Part shown: piece after piece, positions 1 through 15,179 of the stretch
Position numbering within the stretch: the first letter of the stretch is position 1
Layout of the letters: each line of letters starts with the position of its first letter
Assembly: GCA_964035545.1 (NCBI GenBank)
Contig: OZ037766.1
Coordinates: 21,936,767 to 22,000,766, forward strand
DNA: 64,000 nucleotides
Direction of reading: 5' to 3'
DNA from: Bugula neritina
Taxonomy: Eukaryota > Animalia > Bryozoa
Position numbers and translations under genes: made by a program
Notes under the pieces: generated by a model
Seen by the model: the letters and a program-made list of their open reading frames with translations, nothing else
What the model was told of the DNA's origin: nothing
Databases searched by the model: none

Positions 1-760
1 AGAGTGCAGTTATGGTAATAGTAATAGTGTAGGAGTGTGGCAGTAGTAAAGGTAGAAGTGAAAGATATCCGACTTTTTTCATATAGCAGCAAGTTAAACT
101 AAGATCATCTTCATAAAAAAATATGAAATAAATCTTGAAATTTGGCAGTTGTTAGCCTGAAATCCTAACCATTAGGGGAGAGCACCCAATAAATATTTAA
201 AGTTTGATAGTAAAAGGATTCGGTTGAATCTGTTGAGAGTTACCCCCAGGCTTGTATCTTGTCGTAAATTGATGTATGGTAGAACAGCTTATAGAAATTT
301 TGCATTTTTTATAAGATAACTTAGACATTACAATATCATGCTGTTAGACACCAGTATATACATTTGAACATTCAACCTTAATTCAGATGTATATTCTGTA
401 TACCGTTATTTTTACACTCAGCATGTAGCCTATAACATTTTGTTGAAGGTTTTCTTAATTTAAATGTTATGCATTATAAAAAACATTCGTCAATTTGAAT
501 TTAGTTTTTCAATGAGTAATATTTATTAATAGAGTAATATATAAAGATTATATTTGTTGATTAGTTAAAATTAAGAATTGGTATTAACCAGAGTTTAAAA
601 TTCTTCAACCAGCAACCAAGATTTCTGTAACCACTACATCTCAAAATCATCACTGGTTGATCATCAATTTTTTACTAAATAAATTGCTTTGAGTTTTTCT
701 TCTTAAAATTTAAAGCATAAAAACTAAATAAAGATACAGTGACATCTAAAATTAATGTAC

Positions 761-6794
<6,034 letters not shown>

Positions 6795-7733
6795 CTTGAT
6801 ATATTGCCTATAAAATGCATTTTTATAAAATAACTTACAAAAAAGTATGAAAGGCCAATGACAGTATAGAACACATTAAAAAAATTGTTGGGCTAATACA
6901 AAACCATTGTGGAAGCAGAGCAAGGGAGGGCAACTAAGAAATAAATCCAATTAAAGCAGTAATGATTCTATACAGCTTCATGTAGTATCATCATATGTTG
7001 AAATTACTGAATTTTATCAAGCTAGTAAAAATCAACAGTTTTTCTATAAGATAAAATGTATGCATAATTGATTAGAAATTGTGAATAGTACTACAATAGT
7101 TGTCAATAAATTATAAAAATATATACAAAAAATCGAAACTGAATTGTATCTTAAAATTGTATTTATAGCCTCACAACTATAATGTGAAATTTATTCTCAC
7201 TAAATTATTTTTGAAAAAATCAATAGGACAATGAGTATAAATATAACTATAAGATTAGGTAGAACTAATACTATAACTATAAGTATAAGTATAAGGTATA
7301 ACTATAAATATAGATAATTAGTATTACTAATAGACTATTACTATTAGTAATACAATCAGTACAACAACTGCAACTAGACCTAGTACTACAAGTAGAAGTA
7401 AACAAAAAAATAATCATAATTCATAATGAATTAATGATAGTTATATTGATAATCATGATCAATAATCATGATTATTATGATAATTGATTAACTTTGATAG
7501 TTATAATCACAGTGAATGAATAACATTAACAATAATATGATGAGTTTATGATCATGAATAATGATAATCATATTCATAATGAAGATAATTATAATAATCA
7601 TCATCATGATAATCACAATCAATAATTATAATAATCATGATAATGTCAAACTTATACAGTAGATAATGTACTACTAGTAGTAGTACCACTAACACTAATA
7701 GTAATTCTAATACTAATACTCAGATAGTAATAG

Positions 7734-8038
7734 TGTTGTAATTTCCAGATTTAGGGTCGATGTGCAACCAAGAGAGTCTATTTATTACTAGAGAAACTTC
7801 ACCGTGGTAAGTCGAGTAGATATCGTTATATTTTAATACGAGAATACATAATAAAACTAGTATACAACAGTAAATAATACGCACGTCTATTTAATTTACA
7901 GCACTATCCTCAACTGAGCTAGTAGCGCGAAGCTGCTACTATTACTCATAAACAGCCTAGCTAATTGGCTAATACATTGTTCCGGGTCAATACGCAACCT
8001 TGCGTATTGTGTTGCTGGTAGCTCCACGAGCCACCACA
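7734..8038 (-). repeat. 3' LTR
   Basis: Identical by eye to 14875-15179; minus-strand termini TGTGGTGG...ACAACA; AATAAA on the minus strand at about 7781-7786. Confidence 0.96.
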
Positions 8039-8049
8039 CTGCCCCCTCC
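8039..8049 (-). other. Polypurine tract (plus-strand primer)
   Basis: GGAGGGGGCAG immediately before the TG of the 3' LTR on the minus strand. Confidence 0.75.
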
Positions 8050-8304
8050 AGCAGAAAGCCCTCTTTCTGATAAAAATATAATTCACATAAAAAACGTATA
8101 CTTCGTTGTGGAGAGAGAGAACAGTATAAAAGTATATACAAAAAAAACAACTGATAAAATATACAGGTATACATATAAAACGTGCACAATGCGTAATATG
8201 TAAGAGAAAATCCTATTTACATGTAGAGTACGTGCCACCATAATGGTAGGGAATGCCACAGAGAGGTAGGGGAAGAGTAGTATGGAGTTGGAGATAGACT
8301 CATG

Positions 8305-9378
8305 TTAACTGTGGGCCGCCCGCTTCATGCGTTTAATAGACTCCTGTAAATATTTGAGTTCACTGGATGCAGCCTGTACCCGTGGGGCCAGCCTATACAC
8401 TTCTTGCTCCAAGTCGTGTGCCCTAGCTTCTACTTCACGTAGGTTGCGGGCCCAGGGGGACGAGCGAGAGGAAGGCGGCTGTCTGTGTCTTTTCCGCTCT
8501 GAGGATAGAAGGGGAGGAGGGAGTGTATATGCATTTGTGTCCACCCTCTGTAGTATGACACGAGGAAAGGTATGCGGTATGCGTAGAGGACCGTGAGGTG
8601 GAGAGTTAGTAGACTGTGTAGGGTTATCCGCGGCTCCAGAGATGATGGGTCGCGGGGAAGGGAAGCCTTGCTCCAGGCGAGATAGCCGAGCTGAGTCAGT
8701 GATGAGTGGTTTGATGGCGTTGAGAAAGGCAGGATAGGATGATTCGTCTACTTCATAGACATGCCCTTGATAACACTGCATAGTACGTTGGTGCCGCAGT
8801 AGGTAATCACGATTGTAACTATATTCTCCGCAAGGGCAGAAAGTGGTGATGTAGTGTTGCGGCAAGTGTACTTTCAGTCTGCGGTGGGTTGTGAATCGCT
8901 GCTGACAGAGGTTGCATTCACGATTACTCTCACCTCCTTGATGGGTCCTAATCTCTCTCTCTGTGGCAGGGGTAATCCAGTTGGAGGTTGCTTCCAACTG
9001 GGGTGGCAGTTGCCTGGTTGTAGAAGTTGTTGGGGCCGGCTCTGGGTCCCACGCCATCTTTAGAGAAGGCATGCCCGGAGAGACGGGCGCGAGTGTGTCT
9101 ACAAAAGTAGAATTATTGTTAGATCGCGGTGGATCTTTACAACATAATTCTAGTGACTGTCGACCGTTGCTAGCCTGAGAGTCACAGCTTTTGGAATGCA
9201 CTCGAGGAACCGATGAATCATGTGTGGACTGACCAAGAACAGTGTCTAGCTCCAGGTCTAACAGACCGTCGGCCATTACAGTGTCTTCATCGTCATTCAT
9301 ATGAAACGTGGTTCCCAGTAATTCTGATTCAATGTGCTGAATTAGTTCAGAATTTACTGGCATCGAGCCCGTTTCCAT
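8305..9378 (-). CDS. Retrotransposon accessory ORF3: tandem C2H2/C2HC zinc-finger and coiled-coil protein, 357 aa
   Basis: Uninterrupted ATG-initiated ORF between pol and the 3' LTR. It contains CNLC-x12-HLPQH and CPC-x12-H-x5-C, an acidic N-terminus, RKRHR and a C-terminal heptad repeat. No signal peptide or transmembrane segment is evident, so it is not Env. Confidence 0.85.
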   Translation of the reverse strand: METGSMPVNSELIQHIESELLGTTFHMNDDEDTVMADGLLDLELDTVLGQSTHDSSVPRVHSKSCDSQASNGRQSLELCCKDPPRSNNNSTFVDTLAPVSPGMPSLKMAWDPEPAPTTSTTRQLPPQLEATSNWITPATEREIRTHQGGESNRECNLCQQRFTTHRRLKVHLPQHYITTFCPCGEYSYNRDYLLRHQRTMQCYQGHVYEVDESSYPAFLNAIKPLITDSARLSRLEQGFPSPRPIISGAADNPTQSTNSPPHGPLRIPHTFPRVILQRVDTNAYTLPPPLLSSERKRHRQPPSSRSSPWARNLREVEARAHDLEQEVYRLAPRVQAASSELKYLQESIKRMKRAAHS

Positions 9379-9395
9379 GAATAGGAATACAAGAC

Positions 9396-10037
9396 TTATA
9401 CTGGCTTACCTGGGAACTCGGTATTAATGTCCATACTCAACGTTCTTGGTAAGATTGGAGCTGGTTGTGAGATACGTCTGCCTTTGGCGATGTCAGCATA
9501 AGAAAAGGCTGAGCATCGTTTCTGAGGCACGAGGTCGGAACTATTTGCTTTACGCGCATTAATTCCTTCCACTATTCCGCCCTCGCAAAAGTTGATATTT
9601 GCGTGGGGTTCACAACTCCAACATTTTATCGTACGGCTTTCCCCTAGACTTTCATGTGCGCCGCTTCTAATGCAGTCACATACGAAGTCTTTTAAATATG
9701 GTGGGGGTTTCCTCGTACGCTGTCCCCTTTCTAGGGGGGGTGACACGCTTGCCGGTTCGTTAGTAGGGGCCTCTAATGGCGTCTCTACTTCACCGTTAGC
9801 GGTCACCTCTTCTTGTTCTCCGGATGGAGCCTCTCCCTCCGTGGGGGTTTGCACTTCCGGAACCTGCTCGGTTTCTGGAAGTGATGGAATTAGACTTGGC
9901 GGTGGCGGACACGCTTCTGTTGACAAAAGCTGCCGCTCCTCTCTCACCAAGTTTTCTTCCCGCGGTATGACCACTTCGTATTCAGGTCCATGCCGCCGTC
10001 GCCCGCGCGTCGTTGTCTGCCTCCTGGGCTCCAACAA
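9396..10037 (-). CDS. C-terminal tail of Pol, offset by one base at a C9 run
   Basis: Contains RGQRTRKPPPYLKDFV, the RxxRxRxPPxYLxDY/FV motif typical of gypsy Pol C-termini. One extra C in the homopolymer at 10039-10047 would fuse it to integrase. Confidence 0.7.
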   Translation of the reverse strand: MLEPRRQTTTRGRRRHGPEYEVVIPREENLVREERQLLSTEACPPPPSLIPSLPETEQVPEVQTPTEGEAPSGEQEEVTANGEVETPLEAPTNEPASVSPPLERGQRTRKPPPYLKDFVCDCIRSGAHESLGESRTIKCWSCEPHANINFCEGGIVEGINARKANSSDLVPQKRCSAFSYADIAKGRRISQPAPILPRTLSMDINTEFPGKPV

Positions 10038-13000
10038 CGGGGGGGGGCTTCTCCCACTCCGTCGGGGCTAGCCCAATACGGTTTCAAGCGAGACTCATTT
10101 TGGATAGACACCTGTCCTGAGCGCTCGATCTTGTACGTATGATTGGGCATAGCCTCGACGACCACGTAGGGTCCTACGAACTTAGGCTTCAGTTTATCAG
10201 CCTGTCCGCGACGCCTACGGTAATTGACCATCCACACCTTATCTCCCGTTTGGTAGAGAGGTGGTTCATCGGAATCTTCGTGCCGCACCTTCCACTGCTG
10301 TTCGCGCAGTATATCGTGTGCGGCCTTCATCCGTTCCACTAGTTCACTGGCATACTCGTGAACCGAGTTGTCTTGCTCTGGAACGTGATAGGTGAGATGG
10401 TCAGGGACACGAGTCTCTCTCCCGAGCATCAAGAGGTTTGGGGTCTCACCAGTACTGGTGTGTGGGGTGCTACGGTATGCACGCATGACTTGCGGCAACA
10501 CCGTATCCCATTCCTCTTGACCTCGTCCGAGGAGGAGACTCCGGAGTGCATCACCTAGCATCCGGTTGTTGCGCTCCACCACCCCGTTACCTTGAGGGTG
10601 GTAGGGGGTGGTCCTGCTCTGATTTACTCCCCAGAGGTGGCAAAGGTCGCTCATCAGTTGGGACTGGAATTGAGCGCCTTGATCAGAGTGTATCTGTTCG
10701 GGAAGCCCAAAATAACAGAATACATGTTGGTCTAGTGCCCTGGCCACTGTTGGGGCTGATGCATCTGGGATAGCCAGAGCATCCGCCCACCTAGTAAAGT
10801 GGTCGGTTAGCACTAGGATCCAATTATTGCCTCTGGGGGTCAGGGGCATGGGTCCGACCAGGTCTACAGCGACTACTTGCCAGGGCCTACCAGCATATAG
10901 CCTCCGCCGTCCTGCTTCACCAGGGGGGCGGCTATGCTTACTGGCCTGGCAGATCTCACACTGTTTGACTCTGAGTCGGACGTCACGCTCCATTTGTGGC
11001 CAATACCACCGGAGTCGTAATTTGGATATCACTCTCTTGACCCCTGCGTGGGCCTGTTTGTGAGTATCCCAAATCAACTCGCGGCGGATGGCTGTGGGGC
11101 AGACTACCCTCTTCCTTTCCGGGTGTCTGCCGCTAGCAGCTAGAGAGATGGTTAGCAACCCATCCTGCCCGATCCGCAGCGAGTCCCAACGCTGACAGTA
11201 TAGCCGGAACTCGGTGCATCCCTGTCGTATGCGTTCCTCGCTGGGTCGTCGCCCTCCCCTTTTGGCCCGGTATATGTCTGCCACGACTCCAGGCAGCTCT
11301 TCTTGGAGCTTCTTCAGCTCTCGAACATTACCGGCCAGTACAGGGTTGGCGCGGAGGTTTTGTACATCCTCCGGGGACTCATCAACTCTTTGCCTGAGTT
11401 GACCTTGGTCCCAGTCAAACGGTGCTCCGTGGTGAGCCAGCGTCTCCAACTCGCATCGCGGGGGACCTCCATCCCTCCTCTCGATGTTGAGACACTGTTT
11501 GCAACCTCCGTCAGGTCGGCGACTCAACCCATCCGCATTGCTGTGTCTCTTGCCCGGTCGATGTTCGATCCGGTATGAGAATTCAGCTAGGATTTCGAGC
11601 CACCGGGCGACCTGACTAGAGGGCTCTGCTCTCTTGCACAACCAGATCAGCGAGGCATGATCCGTACGCAGCCGGAACTTCCTGCCATATAGGTATGGTC
11701 TGAAGTGCTTCACTGACTTGATTACTGCCAGCAGCTCCTTGCGGGTAGTGCAGTAATTTCGTTCAGCGGGTGAGAGAGACTTGCTGTAGTAGGCTACTAC
11801 TACCTCTCGGCCTTCCTGCACTTGTGACAGCACAGCGCCAACATTTTGGTCACTGGCGTCCGTGTCGAGGATGTACTCCAGAGTGGGGTCTGGGTAGGCC
11901 AAGATGGGCGCCGTTAGTAGGCAGCCCTTGAGGCGGTCGAACGCTTCCTGTTCGACTGGGGTCCACTGCCACGTCACTCCCTTTGCGGTGAGCCGGTTTA
12001 ACGGCTGGGCTATGCCCGCAAAGTCTGGTATGTATTGCCTGTAATACCCTACCAGCCCCAAGAAAGCCCGGAGTCCGGTCAAGTCTTGGGGGGTGACCCA
12101 GTCTTCTACTGCCCGTACCTTTTCGGGATCCGTTGCCACGCCGTTTCGACCGACAACGTGCCCCAGGTACTTGACCTCCGGCTGCAATAGAGCGCACTTG
12201 GAAAGTTTGAGCTTAAGACCGGCACCTCGGAGTCTCTCGAAAACCTCCTGCAGACGACTGACATGTGTCTCGAAGTCTGGAGAGATTACGATGACATCAT
12301 CAAGGTAGACCAGCAGTGTCTTCCAATGGAGTCCGCTAAGGACTTGTTCCATCAGCCTCTGGAAGGTGGCTGGGGCGGAGGTTAACCCGAAGGGCAGCAC
12401 CTTCCACTTCCACAACCCGTCCCGTGTGATAAACGCCGCTTTCTCCTGGGCGTCGGGACTCAGAGGGACTTGCCAATAGCCGCTTAGCAAGTCTAACGTA
12501 CTGAAGTACTTGCTGCCGGCTAGGGCGTCCAATGACTCGTCAATACGAGGTAGAGGGTAGGCGTCCTGTATGGTTACGCTATTGAGTTTGCGGTAATCCA
12601 CACAGAACCGCCAACTGCCGTCTTTCTTCCGGACCAGTACGACTGGCGAGCTCCACGCACTATGGGCGGGCTCTATCAGTCCCCGGTCCAGAAGATCCCG
12701 TACTTGTCGGCTAACCTCCTTCTCTTTCTCCGGCCCCAGCCTGCGTGTGGGCTGCCGGACAGGGACTGTCCCTGCAGTCAGCGGTATTTCGTGTCTGACA
12801 ATTCCAGTCAGTCCCACGTCATGCTCTCCGCTGCTGAACACATCACCGTAGTCGCGTAGTAACTTAGCCATAACTTGGCGTTCTCTGTTACTCGCGCAGC
12901 CGCCACAGGCTGTTTCATATAACTCCCGGAGATGTGTTGGGACTGCCCCTCGTCCCTGAATAGGGTGTTGAGGGGGTGCCTCCGTCGCGTCACCCAGCGA

Positions 13001-14026
13001 CGGGCCCACGTCCTCTTCCTGGACGGAGTGGAACCGGCCCAGCATTGACCCAGCTGGGAGCTCAATGGGCTCGGTAAAGGGGTTGACACACTGCACTAAG
13101 ACCTCCCCTCGCTCAGTTAGTCTGTTTAAACTACTGGCGAGTTGGATTCTTTCGTGCGCGCCTTCAACGACCCCGAGCCTGGCTATCCGGTTGCTGTTCA
13201 CTCGGCAGTGGATAGTAGCTCTGGAGCGTCCGGGCACGGTGCAGTTTCGAACTACCTGAACACCGCCCACCAGAGGACGCCCAAACTTATCCACACAGGC
13301 GAGTTCTCGCCCGCCCATCAACACCACCGACTTACTAAAGTCTATTCGGCACTGGTGTTGCTTCAAGAAGGGCATTCCGAGGATAGCATCTTCTTCCAGT
13401 TGGCCTATGACAAAGGTCTCCTGTACAGCCTGGTCTCGGACACGCCCAGGGAGCTCGATAATACCATAAAAGGGAATACATGACCCGTCTGCCAGGGTGC
13501 CATGTTCCCCAGTATATGGTCGTACTCTATCCCTGTCCCGGCGGGGCAGTGCCTCAAAGACTCTACGACTGAGAAGATTGGTAGTACAACCGGAGTCGAG
13601 CAGGAAAGTGACGGCGTTGCCGGCCACCTTTCCGGGTAGGAAATAGCTCTCTCCATGTGGTTGTACTTTCACCCCCCCCCCCGCATGTGCTGTCCTGGGT
13701 TGACAGGACGGCGGGGGTTTCACCCATGGTTTACGGGGTTTCCGGCGGCGAGGTTGCTGCCGGCAGGGTTTGGGGCTCTCCACTGGGCCTTCTGGCTCTA
13801 TTTCAGTGGCGGGCTCCTCTTCCCGAGGTAACCGGTGGAACCGGTTGGCGAGTGGCAGGGAGAAGGTACTCGGCCGTTGTGTGGGCCTACTAGTCCTGCG
13901 TGGTACCTGCCACTCGGGGGGAGTGTTCCGTCGTGTCCGTACGGGCAGACGGCGGCGTTTCCCACCATACTCCTTTAGTTGCGGCCCGCGGGGAGGGAGA
14001 GCGTCCGCGGGCCGTGACAGTTTAAC
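9944..14026 (-). CDS. pol: Pol polyprotein (protease, RT, RNase H, integrase), entered by -1 frameshift from gag
   Basis: FLLDSG (protease); WRFCVDYRKLN, LPFGL and YLDD (RT); DTDAS...ELLAV (RNase H); HHCC plus VAVDLVGP...IHSDQG...VERNNR (integrase). The frame stays open upstream of the annotated 13783 start as far as the slippery site at 14020-14026. Confidence 0.96.
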   Translation of the reverse strand, partial: VKLSRPADALPPRGPQLKEYGGKRRRLPVRTRRNTPPEWQVPRRTSRPTQRPSTFSLPLANRFHRLPREEEPATEIEPEGPVESPKPCRQQPRRRKPRKPWVKPPPSCQPRTAHAGGGVKVQPHGESYFLPGKVAGNAVTFLLDSGCTTNLLSRRVFEALPRRDRDRVRPYTGEHGTLADGSCIPFYGIIELPGRVRDQAVQETFVIGQLEEDAILGMPFLKQHQCRIDFSKSVVLMGGRELACVDKFGRPLVGGVQVVRNCTVPGRSRATIHCRVNSNRIARLGVVEGAHERIQLASSLNRLTERGEVLVQCVNPFTEPIELPAGSMLGRFHSVQEEDVGPSLGDATEAPPQHPIQGRGAVPTHLRELYETACGGCASNRERQVMAKLLRDYGDVFSSGEHDVGLTGIVRHEIPLTAGTVPVRQPTRRLGPEKEKEVSRQVRDLLDRGLIEPAHSAWSSPVVLVRKKDGSWRFCVDYRKLNSVTIQDAYPLPRIDESLDALAGSKYFSTLDLLSGYWQVPLSPDAQEKAAFITRDGLWKWKVLPFGLTSAPATFQRLMEQVLSGLHWKTLLVYLDDVIVISPDFETHVSRLQEVFERLRGAGLKLKLSKCALLQPEVKYLGHVVGRNGVATDPEKVRAVEDWVTPQDLTGLRAFLGLVGYYRQYIPDFAGIAQPLNRLTAKGVTWQWTPVEQEAFDRLKGCLLTAPILAYPDPTLEYILDTDASDQNVGAVLSQVQEGREVVVAYYSKSLSPAERNYCTTRKELLAVIKSVKHFRPYLYGRKFRLRTDHASLIWLCKRAEPSSQVARWLEILAEFSYRIEHRPGKRHSNADGLSRRPDGGCKQCLNIERRDGGPPRCELETLAHHGAPFDWDQGQLRQRVDESPEDVQNLRANPVLAGNVRELKKLQEELPGVVADIYRAKRGGRRPSEERIRQGCTEFRLYCQRWDSLRIGQDGLLTISLAASGRHPERKRVVCPTAIRRELIWDTHKQAHAGVKRVISKLRLRWYWPQMERDVRLRVKQCEICQASKHSRPPGEAGRRRLYAGRPWQVVAVDLVGPMPLTPRGNNWILVLTDHFTRWADALAIPDASAPTVARALDQHVFCYFGLPEQIHSDQGAQFQSQLMSDLCHLWGVNQSRTTPYHPQGNGVVERNNRMLGDALRSLLLGRGQEEWDTVLPQVMRAYRSTPHTSTGETPNLLMLGRETRVPDHLTYHVPEQDNSVHEYASELVERMKAAHDILREQQWKVRHEDSDEPPLYQTGDKVWMVNYRRRRGQADKLKPKFVGPYVVVEAMPNHTYKIERSGQVSIQNESRLKPYWASPDGVGEAPPRCWSPGGRQRRAGDGGMDLNTKWSYRGKKTW

Positions 14027-14841
14027 GCCCCCTGGTATTGGGGTCGTCCTTGCTGTCCATGGTCTCGACCAGCACTACTCCAGTCTGGCCCCGCAGGTGT
14101 TGAGGGCAACCGCAGGGCCTGACTGGAGCCAGCGCCAGCCAGAATTGTTACCAGCTGTCCCAGCATCTCTACCATGCGGTCCACTTCGGCTTCTAGCGGG
14201 GGGGCTTCGGGGCTTGTTGTAGCCCTGGCAGCGCTGACTCCAACTACTGGTGGGTTCCGTCGTGCTTGATGCATTTGGGTAGCCAACAGGTAAGCTTCTC
14301 CAGCCTTCAGGGCATCCTCTATTCTGGTTATCCCTTTAGCTCGTAGTTGATGGTGTAGGCCCAGGTCGTTTAGTGACTGGACAAAGGCGTCATAGGTGTA
14401 ACGCTCTTGGTGTTGTGCTGGCAGATCGCTATATGCAATCTGCGCCAGCTTCTTCACCGTCGCGGCATGTTCTTGCAGCGAGGTCCGCGGGGTGCGGCAC
14501 AATCTCTCTAGCTTGGTCCTAGCGTCTATTGCGGAGATGCCAAAACGGGCCCGCAGCGCAGCCAGTATGCCGTCTACGTCCGTTCCCACTCCGTACGGCT
14601 TGGCTTGCTCCGTCACCGCTCTCCGCAATTGAATAAGGGCTACTCTATGCGGCCATTGAGCAACCTCCATTACCTCTCTAAATTCTTGTATAAATTGTTC
14701 GACATCTTCCGACCCAGTAAAGGTGGGAGCTTTCAAGCAATGTCTATAAGCTTCTTCTCCCTCACGATTCACAGGATTAACAACATTTCTACGCTCACCT
14801 TCTACTGGGGGTGGTTGCATTCTAGCATTTTCAGTCTCCAT
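13975..14841 (-). CDS. gag: Gag (capsid-like), 288 aa
   Basis: Starts 15 nt after the PBS; KAPTFTGSEDVEQFIQEF...ALRARFG...SLQEHAATVKKLAQIAY matches the gypsy capsid pattern; no CCHC knuckle. Confidence 0.88.
   Translation of the reverse strand: METENARMQPPPVEGERRNVVNPVNREGEEAYRHCLKAPTFTGSEDVEQFIQEFREVMEVAQWPHRVALIQLRRAVTEQAKPYGVGTDVDGILAALRARFGISAIDARTKLERLCRTPRTSLQEHAATVKKLAQIAYSDLPAQHQERYTYDAFVQSLNDLGLHHQLRAKGITRIEDALKAGEAYLLATQMHQARRNPPVVGVSAARATTSPEAPPLEAEVDRMVEMLGQLVTILAGAGSSQALRLPSTPAGPDWSSAGRDHGQQGRPQYQGALNCHGPRTLSLPAGRN
13982..14026 (-). promoter_or_regulatory. Programmed -1 ribosomal frameshift signal
   Basis: G_TTA_AAC in the gag frame, a 5-nt spacer, then a 10-bp GC stem CGGCCCGCGG/CCGCGGGCCG with a 13-nt loop; pol is in the -1 frame. 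Confidence 0.85.
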
Positions 14842-14855
14842 CTTTGATATACACT

Positions 14856-14873
14856 ATCCCACCGCTGCCACCA
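14856..14873 (-). other. Primer-binding site complementary to the tRNA-Leu 3' end
   Basis: TGGTGGCAGCGGTGGGAT lies 1 nt after the 5' LTR and is the reverse complement of ATCCCACCGCTGCCACCA, the 3' end of animal tRNA-Leu(AAG/TAG). Confidence 0.9.
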
Positions 14874-14874
14874 C

Positions 14875-15179
14875 TGTTGTAATTTCCAGATTTAGGGTCG
14901 ATGTGCAACCAAGAGAGTCTATTTATTACTAGAGAAACTTCACCGTGGTAAGTCGAGTAGATATCGTTATATTTTAATACGAGAATACATAATAAAACTA
15001 GTATACAACAGTAAATAATACGCACGTCTATTTAATTTACAGCACTATCCTCAACTGAGCTAGTAGCGCGAAGCTGCTACTATTACTCATAAACAGCCTA
15101 GCTAATTGGCTAATACATTGTTCCGGGTCAATACGCAACCTTGCGTATTGTGTTGCTGGTAGCTCCACGAGCCACCACA
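14875..15179 (-). repeat. 5' LTR
   Basis: 305 bp, identical by eye to 7734-8038. Confidence 0.96.

Larger units (their letters stand above)
7734..15179 (-). mobile_element. Full-length Ty3/gypsy LTR retrotransposon with gag, pol and an extra zinc-finger ORF
   Basis: Two 305-bp LTRs (TG...CA), 4-bp TSD ATAG (7730-7733 and 15180-15183), PBS, PPT, and Pol domain order PR-RT-RH-IN. Confidence 0.97.

Noticed and set aside
8305-9378. ORF3 as an envelope protein
   Set aside because: No signal peptide or transmembrane anchor is evident
9592-14847. Many antisense or overlapping ORFs of 60-160 aa within the retrotransposon
   Set aside because: Expected shadows of GC-rich coding DNA; no recognisable motifs
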